Positions 18,460 through 31,651 of a stretch of DNA of 64,000 bases are shown piece after piece. The stretch covers positions 22,094 to 86,093 of the forward strand of contig JANMLN010000201.1 in assembly GCA_031372565.1 (NCBI GenBank), written 5' to 3'. This DNA is from Gemmatimonadota bacterium. Its GTDB lineage: Bacteria > Gemmatimonadota > Gemmatimonadetes > Gemmatimonadales > Gemmatimonadaceae. The notes below the pieces were generated by a model. That model was not told the DNA's origin, did not search any database, and was given only the letters and a program-made list of their open reading frames with translations. The translations under genes and the position numbers were made by a program. How positions within the stretch are numbered: the first letter of the stretch is position 1; each line of letters starts with the position of its first letter.

Positions 18460-19394
18460 ACATCGCGTTCGTTCGCCTGCACGCGCGGTCTGCGGTGTCG
18501 CGGGCGGCGCGCGTGCGTCCGTTCACGGTACGCAAGCGGCCTCGCCGGTTGACCTCGGTGGCGCTGGCGCTGGCCGGTGTGCTGCTCGTGCTGCTGCCGT
18601 CGTGCGCCGGAGCGCAGACGTGGCGGACGATCGATGCGTCACGCATGGTGCGCGATACCGAGCCCGTCGCCGTGAAGGTGCAGTACGGTGCGGGCCGGTT
18701 GTCCGTGCGAGGCGCCGACGCCCCATACCTCTATCGCGCGCAACTCCGATACGACGAAGCGCGCGCGCGGGCGCTCTCGACGTGGGACTCGGCCAACCGC
18801 ACGCTCACCGTGGGTGTGGATGCGTCCGGAGGCAGTCGGGATGTCGGAGGCAAGGCGACCGGCGGCACCATGACGCTGGCGCTCACGCGCGCGCTACCGA
18901 TCGACCTGCAGTTCGACCTTGGCGTGACCGAGAGCACGCTTGAACTCGGCGGCCTTCGCCTGCGCACACTACGGCTGCGTACCGGAGCGAGCGAGACGCG
19001 CGTCCGCTTCGATTCGCCATCAACCGAGCCCATGACGTCGATGGAGGTCGACGCCGGCGCGGCCGCGTTCCACGCGACCGGTCTCGCGAACAGCGGCACG
19101 GCCTCGATACGCGTCACCGGTGGGCTGGGACTCGTGGACCTCGACTTCGGGGGCACGTGGCGCCGCGACATCGCGCTGGAGCTCACGCTCGCGGTGGGCG
19201 GAGGCGAACTCACGGTTCCGGCCGCCGTGGGCGTGCGCCTCAGCGGGCAGAAGACGATGGGCTCGTACCAGTTCGACGGCATGCGTGAAGTGGGCCCGGG
19301 AGTGTGGGAGACGAGCGGCTTCACCGATGCCAAGCACAAGCTGACGGTGAAAGCCACCACCACGCTGGGCGCGCTCAAGATCGTGCGTCGCTAG
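18456..19394 (+). CDS. Exported beta-solenoid protein (LiaF/DUF2154- or DUF4097-like)
   Basis: GTGA overlap with previous gene; repeats V.YGAG.L.V, L.LRTGASE..V, .VDAGAA.F, L.L..GG.ELTVP, T.LGALKI. Confidence 0.65.
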   Translation: MNIAFVRLHARSAVSRAARVRPFTVRKRPRRLTSVALALAGVLLVLLPSCAGAQTWRTIDASRMVRDTEPVAVKVQYGAGRLSVRGADAPYLYRAQLRYDEARARALSTWDSANRTLTVGVDASGGSRDVGGKATGGTMTLALTRALPIDLQFDLGVTESTLELGGLRLRTLRLRTGASETRVRFDSPSTEPMTSMEVDAGAAAFHATGLANSGTASIRVTGGLGLVDLDFGGTWRRDIALELTLAVGGGELTVPAAVGVRLSGQKTMGSYQFDGMREVGPGVWETSGFTDAKHKLTVKATTTLGALKIVRR

Positions 19395-19460
19395 GTCGGT
19401 CGCCGCGAGGGTCTCCACGTCGCGTCGCAGCCGGGTCTCGGCGGTGGCCTGCTCCCAGCC

Positions 19461-20789
19461 CTACACCGTCCGCAGCTTCCAGCGTCCGCGCTTCCAGATG
19501 ATCGCCATCGCCACTGCACGCGCGATCGCGGTCCCCGTGATCACCCACCAGATTCCCACCGTTCCCCACCGCGCAGCGGCCCATGCGGCCAGCGGCACGC
19601 GCAACACGGTGATCAACGTGCTGGTCACCATCGGTGGCATCGTGTGCCCCGCGCCGCCCAGCGCGCTCTCGAGCACCACCTCGGTGCACACGGCCAACTC
19701 CGACCAGGCGCCGATGCGGAGGTAGCGCGCCGCTTCGTCGACCACCGTGGGGTCGCCGGTGAAGATCATCGCGAGCCGTTCCGGGATCGTCACGGCGAGC
19801 ACGAAGAACACGAGTGCCGGCACCGATGCGTACCCGACCGTGATCCACGCAGCGCGCTCTGCGCGCGCAGTCTGCCCGGCACCGAGGTTCTGCCCCACGA
19901 TCGCGGCCGCCCCGGCCCCGAAGCCGACGCCGATCATGTAGAGCCAGCTCTCGATCCGGTGGCCCAAGCCGAGCGCGGCGATCGCCGGCGTACCGAAGTG
20001 TGCGGTCGTGCGGGTGACCAGCGCGTAGATCAGCGAGAAGACGACCCCCGTGGCCGCCGTCGGTGCCCCCACCCGGCACATGGTCCGGATCAGTGTCCAA
20101 TCGAGTCCGCGCCAGCGCAGCATCCCGCGTCGCCACAGGATCACGACGCCCGTGATGAAGCAGACGCTGCGCGTGGTGACGGTCGCGATCGCCGCGCCGC
20201 GGATACCCAGTTCGGGCAGCCCGAGCAGGCCCAGAATGAGGATGGGATCGAGCACGAGCGTCACCGATACGCTGGCCGCGAGCAGCAGCAACGGCGTGCG
20301 GGTATCGCCGCTGGATCGGAAGGCAGCGTCGACGGCAAAGAAGCCGAACAGGAGCGGTGCGCCCAGCAGGTAGGTGCCGAGGTACTGCATGCCGAGCTTC
20401 GTGACCTGCGGCGGCGTCTGCATGCCGGCGAAGATGTACGGCAGCGCGACGGTCCCGACGGCAGCCACCGCGACCCCGAGCAGGAGCGTGAGCATGATCG
20501 CGTTGGCCGTGGCGTGCGAGGCTTCGTCGGGACGCTGCTGGCCGTAGCGGCGCGCGGCCACGGCCGTCAACCCGATCGAGATCATCTCGGCGATCGAGAT
20601 GATCAGCCAGACCCAGAAGAGACTCGTCGTGACCGCTGCGAGCCCCGCCGATCCCACGTACGTGCCGACCCAGAAGGTGTCGACGGCCGTGAAGAAGGTG
20701 AGGAGGAGCGTCGAGGCGACCGCGGGCAGCGCCACGCTGAGGACGACCCGCGACAGGTCGCCCTCCACGATGGCCGCACCACGACTCAT
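19461..20789 (-). CDS. MATE-family efflux transporter
   Basis: 442 aa, about 12 TM; VDTFWVG, GDTRTPL, LDPILI.G..G.PELGI.GAAIAT, VGQNLGAG. Confidence 0.93.
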   Translation of the reverse strand: MSRGAAIVEGDLSRVVLSVALPAVASTLLLTFFTAVDTFWVGTYVGSAGLAAVTTSLFWVWLIISIAEMISIGLTAVAARRYGQQRPDEASHATANAIMLTLLLGVAVAAVGTVALPYIFAGMQTPPQVTKLGMQYLGTYLLGAPLLFGFFAVDAAFRSSGDTRTPLLLLAASVSVTLVLDPILILGLLGLPELGIRGAAIATVTTRSVCFITGVVILWRRGMLRWRGLDWTLIRTMCRVGAPTAATGVVFSLIYALVTRTTAHFGTPAIAALGLGHRIESWLYMIGVGFGAGAAAIVGQNLGAGQTARAERAAWITVGYASVPALVFFVLAVTIPERLAMIFTGDPTVVDEAARYLRIGAWSELAVCTEVVLESALGGAGHTMPPMVTSTLITVLRVPLAAWAAARWGTVGIWWVITGTAIARAVAMAIIWKRGRWKLRTV

Positions 20790-21925
20790 GTCGGGGCCGT
20801 GACGCCCGCGCGCTCGAGCACCTTGGTCGCGATCGCGTCCAGCGCCTTCGCGGCGGAGGACGTCGGATCGGCGGCGACGATCGGTGTGCCATCATCGCCC
20901 GACTGCACGATGCGCGGATAGAGCGGCACGTGGCCAAGCAGCGGGACCTTGAGCTCATCGGCCAGCGCCTGCCCGCCGCCAGACCCGAAGAGCGCCATCG
21001 GCTTGCCCGTGTCGGGCGACTCGAACCAGCTCATGTTCTCGACGATGCCGTAGACCGGCACGCCGACACGCTCGAACATCTTGGCGCCACGCAGGGCATC
21101 GCCCACCGCGACCTGCTGCGGCGTGGTGACGATCACGGCGCCGCTCACCTGCGTCGCCTGCACGAGCGAGAGCTGCGCGTCGCCCGTGCCTGGGGGCATG
21201 TCGACGAGCAGCACGTCGAGCTGCCCCCAGTCCACGTCCCGCAGGAACTGCGTGACGATCTTCATCACGATCGGTCCGCGCCAGATGGCGGGCTGGTCGC
21301 GCTCGATCAGGAAGCCGAGCGACACGATCTTCACGCCGTGCGCCTCGAGGGGCACGATCTTCTGCGTGGCATTGTCGACCGGCAGGTGCCCCGACACACC
21401 GAGCATCCGCGGAATGTTCGGTCCGTAGATGTCGGCATCCATGACGCCGACGCGCAGCCCTCGCCGCGCGAGCGTGACCGCGAGATTGGTGGTCATCGTG
21501 CTCTTGCCGACGCCGCCCTTCCCCGACGACACCGCGATGATCCTGCCCAACTTCGGGTACACCACCGGTGCCGGCACCGACCCGGCGCCAGGGCGCTGGG
21601 CGCTCTGCGGTGAGGCATCCATGATCGGGAGCGCGCGCGGCGCACCGCCAGCCGCGCCGGCCGGCTTGGGCTTCGGCGCGAACTCAGCCGGGTCCTTGGG
21701 GTCGACGCGCACGTCCGTGACCCCCTCCACGCGCTCGACCGCCTGCCGCACGCTCCGCACCAGCGTCGCATCATCGGCGGGTGCGAGCAGCAGGGTCAAC
21801 CGCACCCTGCCATCGGTCGTCGTGGCCACATCACGGATCATCTCGGCCGTCACCACGTCGGTGCCGACGCGCGGGTTCATCACGGCGCGGAGCGCGCCAT
21901 CGATCTTTTCTGCAAGCGTGGCCAT
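20786..21925 (-). CDS. mrp: Mrp/NBP35 (ApbC) Fe-S cluster carrier ATPase
   Basis: SGKGGVGKST, DADIYGPNIP, WRGP, DMPPGTGD, ENMS. Confidence 0.93.
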   Translation of the reverse strand: MATLAEKIDGALRAVMNPRVGTDVVTAEMIRDVATTTDGRVRLTLLLAPADDATLVRSVRQAVERVEGVTDVRVDPKDPAEFAPKPKPAGAAGGAPRALPIMDASPQSAQRPGAGSVPAPVVYPKLGRIIAVSSGKGGVGKSTMTTNLAVTLARRGLRVGVMDADIYGPNIPRMLGVSGHLPVDNATQKIVPLEAHGVKIVSLGFLIERDQPAIWRGPIVMKIVTQFLRDVDWGQLDVLLVDMPPGTGDAQLSLVQATQVSGAVIVTTPQQVAVGDALRGAKMFERVGVPVYGIVENMSWFESPDTGKPMALFGSGGGQALADELKVPLLGHVPLYPRIVQSGDDGTPIVAADPTSSAAKALDAIATKVLERAGVTAPT

Positions 21926-21927
21926 GG

Positions 21928-22962
21928 TCAGCCTACGGGAATGGTCAGGAGATAGTCGCGCGCCGCCTGGATGACGCGCGGCTGTACCGCATCGAGCGCA
22001 CCCGGGATCAACGCGCCCGCAGCCTTGGCGTGCCCACCGCCGCCGAACTGGCGCGCAAGCACATTGACGTCCACCGCGCCCGTGGACCGGAACGAGACCT
22101 TGACCCGATCATGGCCGAGGTCACGGAAGAAGAGGGCGAGGCGTGTGCCCGCGATCGAGCGCGGATGCTCCGCCAAGCCATCGAGGTCCTCGGGCGTCAC
22201 CTGATGCCGCTCGAGGGCACCGGCGGCCAGCGAGATCCACGCGAGACCGACCGTCGGATCCTGCTCGACCGAGGCCAGCGCTTCGCGCAGCAGGTGCAGC
22301 CGTCCGACGGGCATCGACTGGTAGACCGCCCGATAGATCGACTCGGGCTCCACGCCGGCCGCGAGCAGCTCCGCCGCGATGGCGTGGCAGCGCGGGCTCG
22401 TGTTGCTGAAGCGGAAGCCACCCGTGTCGGTGAGCATCGCCACATACAGCGGCACCGCGATCTCGGCCGTGATGGGCACCCCCATCACGTGGGCCAGGTC
22501 GCGGATCATCTCCCCCGTCGCACAGGCTGCGATGTCGGACGCCGTGACGTCCCCCGCCGGCTCGTCGTGCGCGACGTGATGGTCGATCACGAGACGCGGC
22601 ACCTTGAGCGCGCGGACGGCATCGGCGAGCACGCCCAGCCGGCTCACGTCACTGATGTCGAGCACGAGCAGCAGGTCGGCGCCGCGAAACCCCTTCGCGC
22701 CCTCCTGGCTCCGCTCCATCACGTCATCGCCGAGCAGGAAGCGGAAGCCGTTTGGCCATGGCGTGGGGTTGACGATGCGAACGCGCAGCCCTGCCGCCTG
22801 CAGGATGCGCGCAGTGGCCACTTCGGAGCCGCAGCCGTCGCCGTCGGAGTTGATGTGCGTGCTGAGGACGACGGTCTTGCCCGGCGTCAGGTACGCCGCC
22901 ACGGCCGCGAGTGCGTCGCGTCGCTGCGGCGGGATGTCGAGCAGATCGGGAAGCGTGGGCAT
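21928..22962 (-). CDS. nrnA: DHH-family phosphoesterase (NrnA-like nanoRNase/pAp phosphatase)
   Basis: TH.N.DGDG.GS, IDHH, TDTGGFRFSNT, FGGGGH..AAG. Confidence 0.9.
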   Translation of the reverse strand: MPTLPDLLDIPPQRRDALAAVAAYLTPGKTVVLSTHINSDGDGCGSEVATARILQAAGLRVRIVNPTPWPNGFRFLLGDDVMERSQEGAKGFRGADLLLVLDISDVSRLGVLADAVRALKVPRLVIDHHVAHDEPAGDVTASDIAACATGEMIRDLAHVMGVPITAEIAVPLYVAMLTDTGGFRFSNTSPRCHAIAAELLAAGVEPESIYRAVYQSMPVGRLHLLREALASVEQDPTVGLAWISLAAGALERHQVTPEDLDGLAEHPRSIAGTRLALFFRDLGHDRVKVSFRSTGAVDVNVLARQFGGGGHAKAAGALIPGALDAVQPRVIQAARDYLLTIPVG

Positions 22963-22978
22963 GCGTGGGGCAGAAAGA

Positions 22979-23012
22979 CAGCGCGGCGCCCCACAGTCGG
23001 AGCGCCGCGCTG
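22979..23012 (-). terminator. Stem-loop CAGCGCGGCGC-N12-GCGCCGCGCTG followed by TCTTTCT on the minus strand; probable terminator of the permease
   Basis: 11-bp perfect stem about 40 nt downstream of the permease stop. Confidence 0.55.
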
Positions 23013-23054
23013 AAAGATAGTCACTCGCCACCCGCAGGTGGCGCGACGGCGTCG

Positions 23055-24596
<1,542 letters not shown>

Positions 24597-24809
24597 CGGG
24601 ACTTCCTCTCTGGGTGGAGCGACTGTGCGTGGGCGGACATGAATCGGCGGCCGAGCCCTTCCGGACCCCGCCGCCGGGAAGCGGTGGCGCAATCGACCTG
24701 CGACAACCCCCAAAGGTCGACGCAGAGGTAGTGCCCTGTCAAGGAAGCGTCACGGGGGCCGCGCGCGATCACCACCCCCGTGCACCGCCTGTTCACCCGG
24801 TCCGAGCCG

Positions 24810-26816
<2,007 letters not shown>

Positions 26817-27200
26817 TCACCGCTTCTTGCCGCGCGCCCCCGGCAAGAACGCCGCCGCGACACCCACCAGCTTGGCCACCTTCCCCTCGGTGATCCACCG
26901 CGGGTCGCCCTTCCAGTGGTCGAGGACGACATCAAGTCCCGCGTTCCGGAGAAGGCGCCGCACCGCCATCAGGAGCACCACCAGGTCGTCGACCTCGCCA
27001 AAGAACGGCAGGAAGTCGGGGACCAGGTCGAGTGGCATCACGAAGTAGAGCGCCGCGCCGACCACCAGCGCCTTGTCGAACAGCGAGACGCGCGCGTCGC
27101 GAGCGAGCCCCCACATGAGGCGGCCCAGGTTCGGGAGCGCGAGGAGCGCGTCCGCGACCGACGAGCGCGGACTACGTACCGGCGCGGGGGGCGCTGCCAT
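26817..27200 (-). CDS. YkvA/DUF1232-family protein
   Basis: LYFVMPLDLVPDFLP.FGEVDDL. Confidence 0.85.
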   Translation of the reverse strand: MAAPPAPVRSPRSSVADALLALPNLGRLMWGLARDARVSLFDKALVVGAALYFVMPLDLVPDFLPFFGEVDDLVVLLMAVRRLLRNAGLDVVLDHWKGDPRWITEGKVAKLVGVAAAFLPGARGKKR

Positions 27201-27693
27201 CGGTGGGCCAGTGCGGTTCGACCGCGATGCTCTCGGCCACGGCGGGATCGGGCTTGAGCACGGGGGGCGCATCCGCCGAGGGCAGCGGTGCGCCCGCCGA
27301 CGGGCTCGGCTTCGATGCGCCCGAGCCCGTGGCGGCGGCGTTCGCGGCAGCCACAGCGGCGCTCGCCGCGGCCGAGGCGTTAGTGCCCACCTTGTTCACC
27401 GTGCCCGAAATGTCGGTGGCCACGCTCTTGCCCGCCGCCACGGCCCCGTTGAGCACCCCCATGGCCTTGTTCATGAACCCCATCGTCTCGCTGATGGCGT
27501 TCGCGCTAACCTTGCCGGCGCGGAGTGTGTCTTCGACCGTGTCGGCGAAGCGGGTGAAGATGCTTGCTTGCGACGCGGGGGTGGTGGCGTACTTGGACTC
27601 GAGAAACTCGACGTAGTCGAGGACCTGGTAGCCCTTCTCGTCGGTGAGCGTGTCGAGCTTGCGGACGAGGCGATCGCGCAGATGGTCGTTCAT
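27172..27693 (-). CDS. Hypothetical protein (N-terminus DUF2281-like, Ala/Pro-rich tail)
   Basis: LDTLTDEKGYQVLDYVEFLESKY; typical codon usage. Confidence 0.7.
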   Translation of the reverse strand: MNDHLRDRLVRKLDTLTDEKGYQVLDYVEFLESKYATTPASQASIFTRFADTVEDTLRAGKVSANAISETMGFMNKAMGVLNGAVAAGKSVATDISGTVNKVGTNASAAASAAVAAANAAATGSGASKPSPSAGAPLPSADAPPVLKPDPAVAESIAVEPHWPTDGSAPRAGT

Positions 27694-27768
27694 GGCGGAG
27701 GCGGCCGGCGTGTGAGGGATACTCCCCCTACGATAGCGGCACGCCGAAGGTTCCGCCGCCTCCGGGGT

Positions 27769-28806
27769 TCACCCCCGCCAGCGCACCCGGTCACCGCGCA
27801 CATCCATGTGCACGTACGGGCTGGAGAAACGCCGACTCAGGTACGTCCCGATGCCGCCGACCAGTTCGGGGTGCGCTTCCTCCACCTGTTCGATCGCGCG
27901 CACCACGAGCACGAGATCCTTGCGCGTGAATCGGCCGTCGCGGTCGGCGTCGATGGCCACATCCAACGCTTCACCCGACTGGTGGCGACTGTCGCGGGCG
28001 GACCCCGGCACCTGCGCGTTGTGGAACGGCGTGCGGAAGCCGGAACGCACCTCGATCGCGAAACGCGGCGCCGCGCCGGCCACGGCCACGGTACCCATGT
28101 CGGCCTCGAGCTGGGCCAGGACCAGTTCCAGCTTGTCGAGGGCGCGCGTGTCGACGGCGAGGTAGCGCGGCCACTGCGACTGCGTGTCGTGCGTCAGCAC
28201 ATCCGACACACGCACATGCCGCGTGAGCGGACGGTCCAGATCACGCTCTTGCACCTCGAGGAAGCCCGCAGGCAGGGGTGCGCCGGCATCGGCATGCCGC
28301 TCGCCGCGCCACATCCCCATCCGGTAGCCGTTCAACGAGCGTCCGGTCTTTTCCTCGAAGGGCACGAGCACGCCCACGGTCACCCCCTGCACGAGCCGCC
28401 GCACCGCACCGGGGGCCGACAGGGCGAGGTGATAGAGCCCCGGATGCTCGGGCGTCACCACTTCGGCCCCTTCGAGCGCGCGCGCGGGCGCCACGGGCAC
28501 GCTGTCGTCGAGGGCCAGCCACTCGTAGCGGAGCTGCGAGGGATCGCCGGTGACCTGCAGTGGCATTTCGAGCGCCGCATTGGGCCGCGCGAAGCGCACC
28601 CGCACTTCGCCGCTCGCGCCAAAGGCATTCATGGTCGGCGCTGCGCTCGCGAGGGAACGACGCGTCATGCGCGCGGACGCCTGCTTGAGCGGCGCGACTT
28701 CCACATTCGCCCCGACGAGGGCCAGCGAGAGCAAGATCCCGGTTGCCGCGGCGCTCCGGGAGAGGGGCCGCGCGCGCAGGACACCCAGGCGCGCCGCGCG
28801 GCGCAT
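27769..28806 (-). CDS. Peptidase M15-family (YcbK/DUF882-like) cell-wall metallopeptidase
   Basis: SGFRTP.HN, SRHQSGEALD, YVHMDVRG...RW. Confidence 0.85.
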   Translation of the reverse strand: MRRAARLGVLRARPLSRSAAATGILLSLALVGANVEVAPLKQASARMTRRSLASAAPTMNAFGASGEVRVRFARPNAALEMPLQVTGDPSQLRYEWLALDDSVPVAPARALEGAEVVTPEHPGLYHLALSAPGAVRRLVQGVTVGVLVPFEEKTGRSLNGYRMGMWRGERHADAGAPLPAGFLEVQERDLDRPLTRHVRVSDVLTHDTQSQWPRYLAVDTRALDKLELVLAQLEADMGTVAVAGAAPRFAIEVRSGFRTPFHNAQVPGSARDSRHQSGEALDVAIDADRDGRFTRKDLVLVVRAIEQVEEAHPELVGGIGTYLSRRFSSPYVHMDVRGDRVRWRG

Positions 28807-29882
28807 CAGCGCGCGCTGCGTCGAGCCGCCGGAGCGGCCTTCGCCGTCGCCTTGCCTCGTGCCCTGCTGAGCACCGACTTGCCGCCGCTCTTCGCGCTCC
28901 CCTTCTTCTTCGCCTTGGACAGGCGAGGAATGGCCCCCGTCCAGCGCGCGCGGTCGCCGCGCACGTCGATGTGCACAAATGGCCCGTGCTGACGCGTGGC
29001 GCGATAGACGCCAAAGCCGCCGATCAAGTCCGGGTGGGCCGACTCGACCCGATTGACGGCGTCGAGGAGGACCTGATTGTCCTTGCTGTTGCTCTTGCCG
29101 TCGCGATTCAGGTCGTCCATGCGACCATCACCGTTGACATCGATGATCATGTCGGCGGCATCGCCGAACTGATGGCGACTGTCCCGCGCACGTCCACCCC
29201 GACGCGGTCCGACCCCTTCGGCATTGTATTCCGGCGTGCGGAAGCCGGACATGACGCGGACGCCGTCGACCTTGACGCCACGCGCCTTGAGATCGGCCAG
29301 CACCAGCTCGAGCTTGTCGAGCAGCTCCTCGCGGAGCACGATGTACTTGGGCCAGACATCGCTCTGATTGTGCGTCACGAAATCGCCGAGCTTGAAATGC
29401 TCGGAGACCGGCGCATCAACGTTCTCGGGCATCACCTCGATGAAGCCGTCCGGATTCTCGTATGCGGCGCTACGCGCGCCTCGCTTCTCGGCGGGCCAAT
29501 AGCCCAGCCGATAGTCGCCCACCTTGCCACCGAACTTCTCGGAGAAAGGCAGCAAGGTGATCAGCTTGACGGGCTGCGTGATCGTCGAGTCCTGGATCGG
29601 GTGGATGCCCGGGGTTGTCACCGCGCGCTCGCCGAACAGGCGCTGCAAGATCGGGATCGACATGGCGCGCGAGCGGCTGAAGAGCCGCATGCGCAGCTTG
29701 CCGCTCTTGCCCGCCAGCGAATCGGTGACCGCGCGTAGTTCGCTCGAGTCGGCCGGCACCGCCACCGGACCCGCATTCTCCAGCGTCTGCGCCGCCACAG
29801 GCCGCACCCCACACACCACGGTGCACGCCGACCCGATCAGGGCAGCGCGCAGCAGGCGGTGGGCGGTGGCGGCAAGACGCAT
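28806..29882 (-). CDS. Peptidase M15-family cell-wall metallopeptidase with basic C-terminal tail
   Basis: Signal peptide; VSEHFKLGDF, SGFRTPEYN, SRHQFGDAAD, FVHIDVRG..ARW. Confidence 0.88.
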   Translation of the reverse strand: MRLAATAHRLLRAALIGSACTVVCGVRPVAAQTLENAGPVAVPADSSELRAVTDSLAGKSGKLRMRLFSRSRAMSIPILQRLFGERAVTTPGIHPIQDSTITQPVKLITLLPFSEKFGGKVGDYRLGYWPAEKRGARSAAYENPDGFIEVMPENVDAPVSEHFKLGDFVTHNQSDVWPKYIVLREELLDKLELVLADLKARGVKVDGVRVMSGFRTPEYNAEGVGPRRGGRARDSRHQFGDAADMIIDVNGDGRMDDLNRDGKSNSKDNQVLLDAVNRVESAHPDLIGGFGVYRATRQHGPFVHIDVRGDRARWTGAIPRLSKAKKKGSAKSGGKSVLSRARGKATAKAAPAARRSAR

Positions 29883-30113
29883 GTGAGAGAGTTTCGGCCG
29901 GAGGAGGCGAGCGGCGGACGGCGATCCGTGCGTCGTACGGCGAGTATCCTGCGCTGGCGGGATATCCGACGGAAGTGCGGCAGGTCACACCCCACATGTG
30001 GGGCAGACTCGGACAGCGCTCTAAAGATATGCCCGACTTGGGGTTCGCGCGAGGGCCATGCGAATAGCCGCCAACCGCGTGACAGTCGGCGTCCGTATCC
30101 GCCGACCGGCTTC

Positions 30114-30968
30114 CTAGTAGATGAACACCGGCGTCCCGACCTTGACGATCTGATACAGCGTCTCGATGTCTTCGTTCCGGACGCGGACACATCCATGGCT
30201 GGCGCTCGTACCGATCGAGGTCGGGACATCGGTGCCATGAATGCCGTACCCGTCGCCCATGTACAGGCGAAAGGCGCCGAGCACGCCGGTGTACTTGCGC
30301 TGGTTTGACGTGAGCGGCGGGATCACCATCCGGCCATCGGCGATGATCTCGTGCCCCTCGCGCACCGCGTACGGCACGATGTCGCCGTTGGCGAGCCGCT
30401 TGACCACATCGTTCCCCACCATGGTCACGGCGCTGCCGTCACTCAGCCGCAGTTCCTGGCCCTTGTCGAGCCGCGCAATCCGCAGCTTCTTCTTCTTGGC
30501 CATCTCGATGTAGTGCCAGTCGGGCGGCACCCAGGCCGGCTCGACTTCCCGCCGCTCGACCTTGAGGCGCCCGCGCGGCGTCTCGAACTTCCACTCCTTG
30601 CCCCCCGGCTTCTTGAGCGTCTTGCCGGTACCGGTGGCCACGCGCGTCGTGAACAGCACCGAGTCGCGCAGCTTGTACCAGAGCCGGTTCTCCGAGATCG
30701 ACACGACGATGTACGGCTGCGTGTCGGGAACCGCCTTCTCGCTCGCCGCCAGCGCCGCTCGGCTCGTGTCGCCATAGATCCCGGCCGAGCTTTCGGCGCG
30801 CTGGAGTGACGCGCGCGCCTCATCGAGCTGGTGACCAGCGGCCGCAGCATCGGACTGGTTCGCCCGGACCGCGTAGACGAGGAAGCCGAGCGCGGCGAGC
30901 GAGAGCCCGAGGCCGGCGGCGAGCGCACGATCGAGGCCCGACCAAGCGGACGAAGCGGAATCAGCCAT
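30114..30968 (-). CDS. L,D-transpeptidase (YkuD family)
   Basis: N-terminal TM; YGIHGT.....IG..ASHGCVRV.N.DI..LY..V.VGTPV; ATG 30968 overlaps upstream stop. Confidence 0.92.
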   Translation of the reverse strand: MADSASSAWSGLDRALAAGLGLSLAALGFLVYAVRANQSDAAAAGHQLDEARASLQRAESSAGIYGDTSRAALAASEKAVPDTQPYIVVSISENRLWYKLRDSVLFTTRVATGTGKTLKKPGGKEWKFETPRGRLKVERREVEPAWVPPDWHYIEMAKKKKLRIARLDKGQELRLSDGSAVTMVGNDVVKRLANGDIVPYAVREGHEIIADGRMVIPPLTSNQRKYTGVLGAFRLYMGDGYGIHGTDVPTSIGTSASHGCVRVRNEDIETLYQIVKVGTPVFIY

Positions 30969-31651
30969 CAGAAGAGATATACCTTGACGCCCGGCTTCAG
31001 GTTCGGCAGCACCGCCTTGAGGTCGTCCGCCGACAGGCGGAGCGCGCCCGGCCAGACGTAGAGCGAATCGGCGAGCGGCCCGTCGGACGGCTGGGCGTAG
31101 ATGAGCGTGCCATCCTCGAGAAACGCGGCGCCCAGCCCCAGCGCCCCCTTGAGCTTGCGGCTTGCCGGCGTGGCGATCCCGCGCTCGCGGTAGAGCCATT
31201 CCGGCAGCTCGAACGCTGCCCCCTTGGCCACCACCGACTTCACGGTGCGTACGCCGCGCGGCGTGGACAATCGCTGCGTGTCGGGTGCCGCGCCCACCAC
31301 CGATTCGGGGCCGAATTCGACGCCGAGCGTGCGCAGCACCAGCCCGTCGCGCTCGAGCGTCGCGGCGCCTGAGTCGACATCGACGCTCAGGTGCAGGCCG
31401 CGATCTGCCGAGGCCTCGGCGCGCACGCGATCGAGGATGCTCTGGAGCCGTGCGCGCTGCGCCGCCATCTGCGCATCGGCGGTGGCATTGGCGGTGCCGA
31501 AGGCGTCGATGCGGCGCTGGTGCGCCTGGGTCTGCAGCGACCGGACGCGGACGGCGAGCCACACATCGGCAGCGACCACGAGGGTCAGGCCCGTGGCGAG
31601 GACCAGCGTCCGAAGCGGCAGCGCGCCCCATCGATTCGCGAGCCGACTCAC
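30968..31651 (-). CDS. YkuD-fold protein lacking catalytic His/Cys (pseudo-L,D-transpeptidase)
   Basis: TPRG, PEW.Y, GALG, then TLIYAQP...PGALRLSADDL..V...LKPG.KVY in place of IHG...HGC.R. Confidence 0.7.
   Translation of the reverse strand: MSRLANRWGALPLRTLVLATGLTLVVAADVWLAVRVRSLQTQAHQRRIDAFGTANATADAQMAAQRARLQSILDRVRAEASADRGLHLSVDVDSGAATLERDGLVLRTLGVEFGPESVVGAAPDTQRLSTPRGVRTVKSVVAKGAAFELPEWLYRERGIATPASRKLKGALGLGAAFLEDGTLIYAQPSDGPLADSLYVWPGALRLSADDLKAVLPNLKPGVKVYLF

Noticed and set aside
27073..28992. Long plus-strand ORF (639 aa) and similar ones (6394-7938, 22911-24518, 35395-37233, 54403-56301)
   Set aside because: Antisense shadows of well-supported genes in high-GC DNA; Arg/Ala-rich with no motifs
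29883..30113. Riboswitch (e.g. c-di-AMP) upstream of cell-wall hydrolases
   Set aside because: No recognisable consensus by eye; an Rfam/Infernal search would be needed
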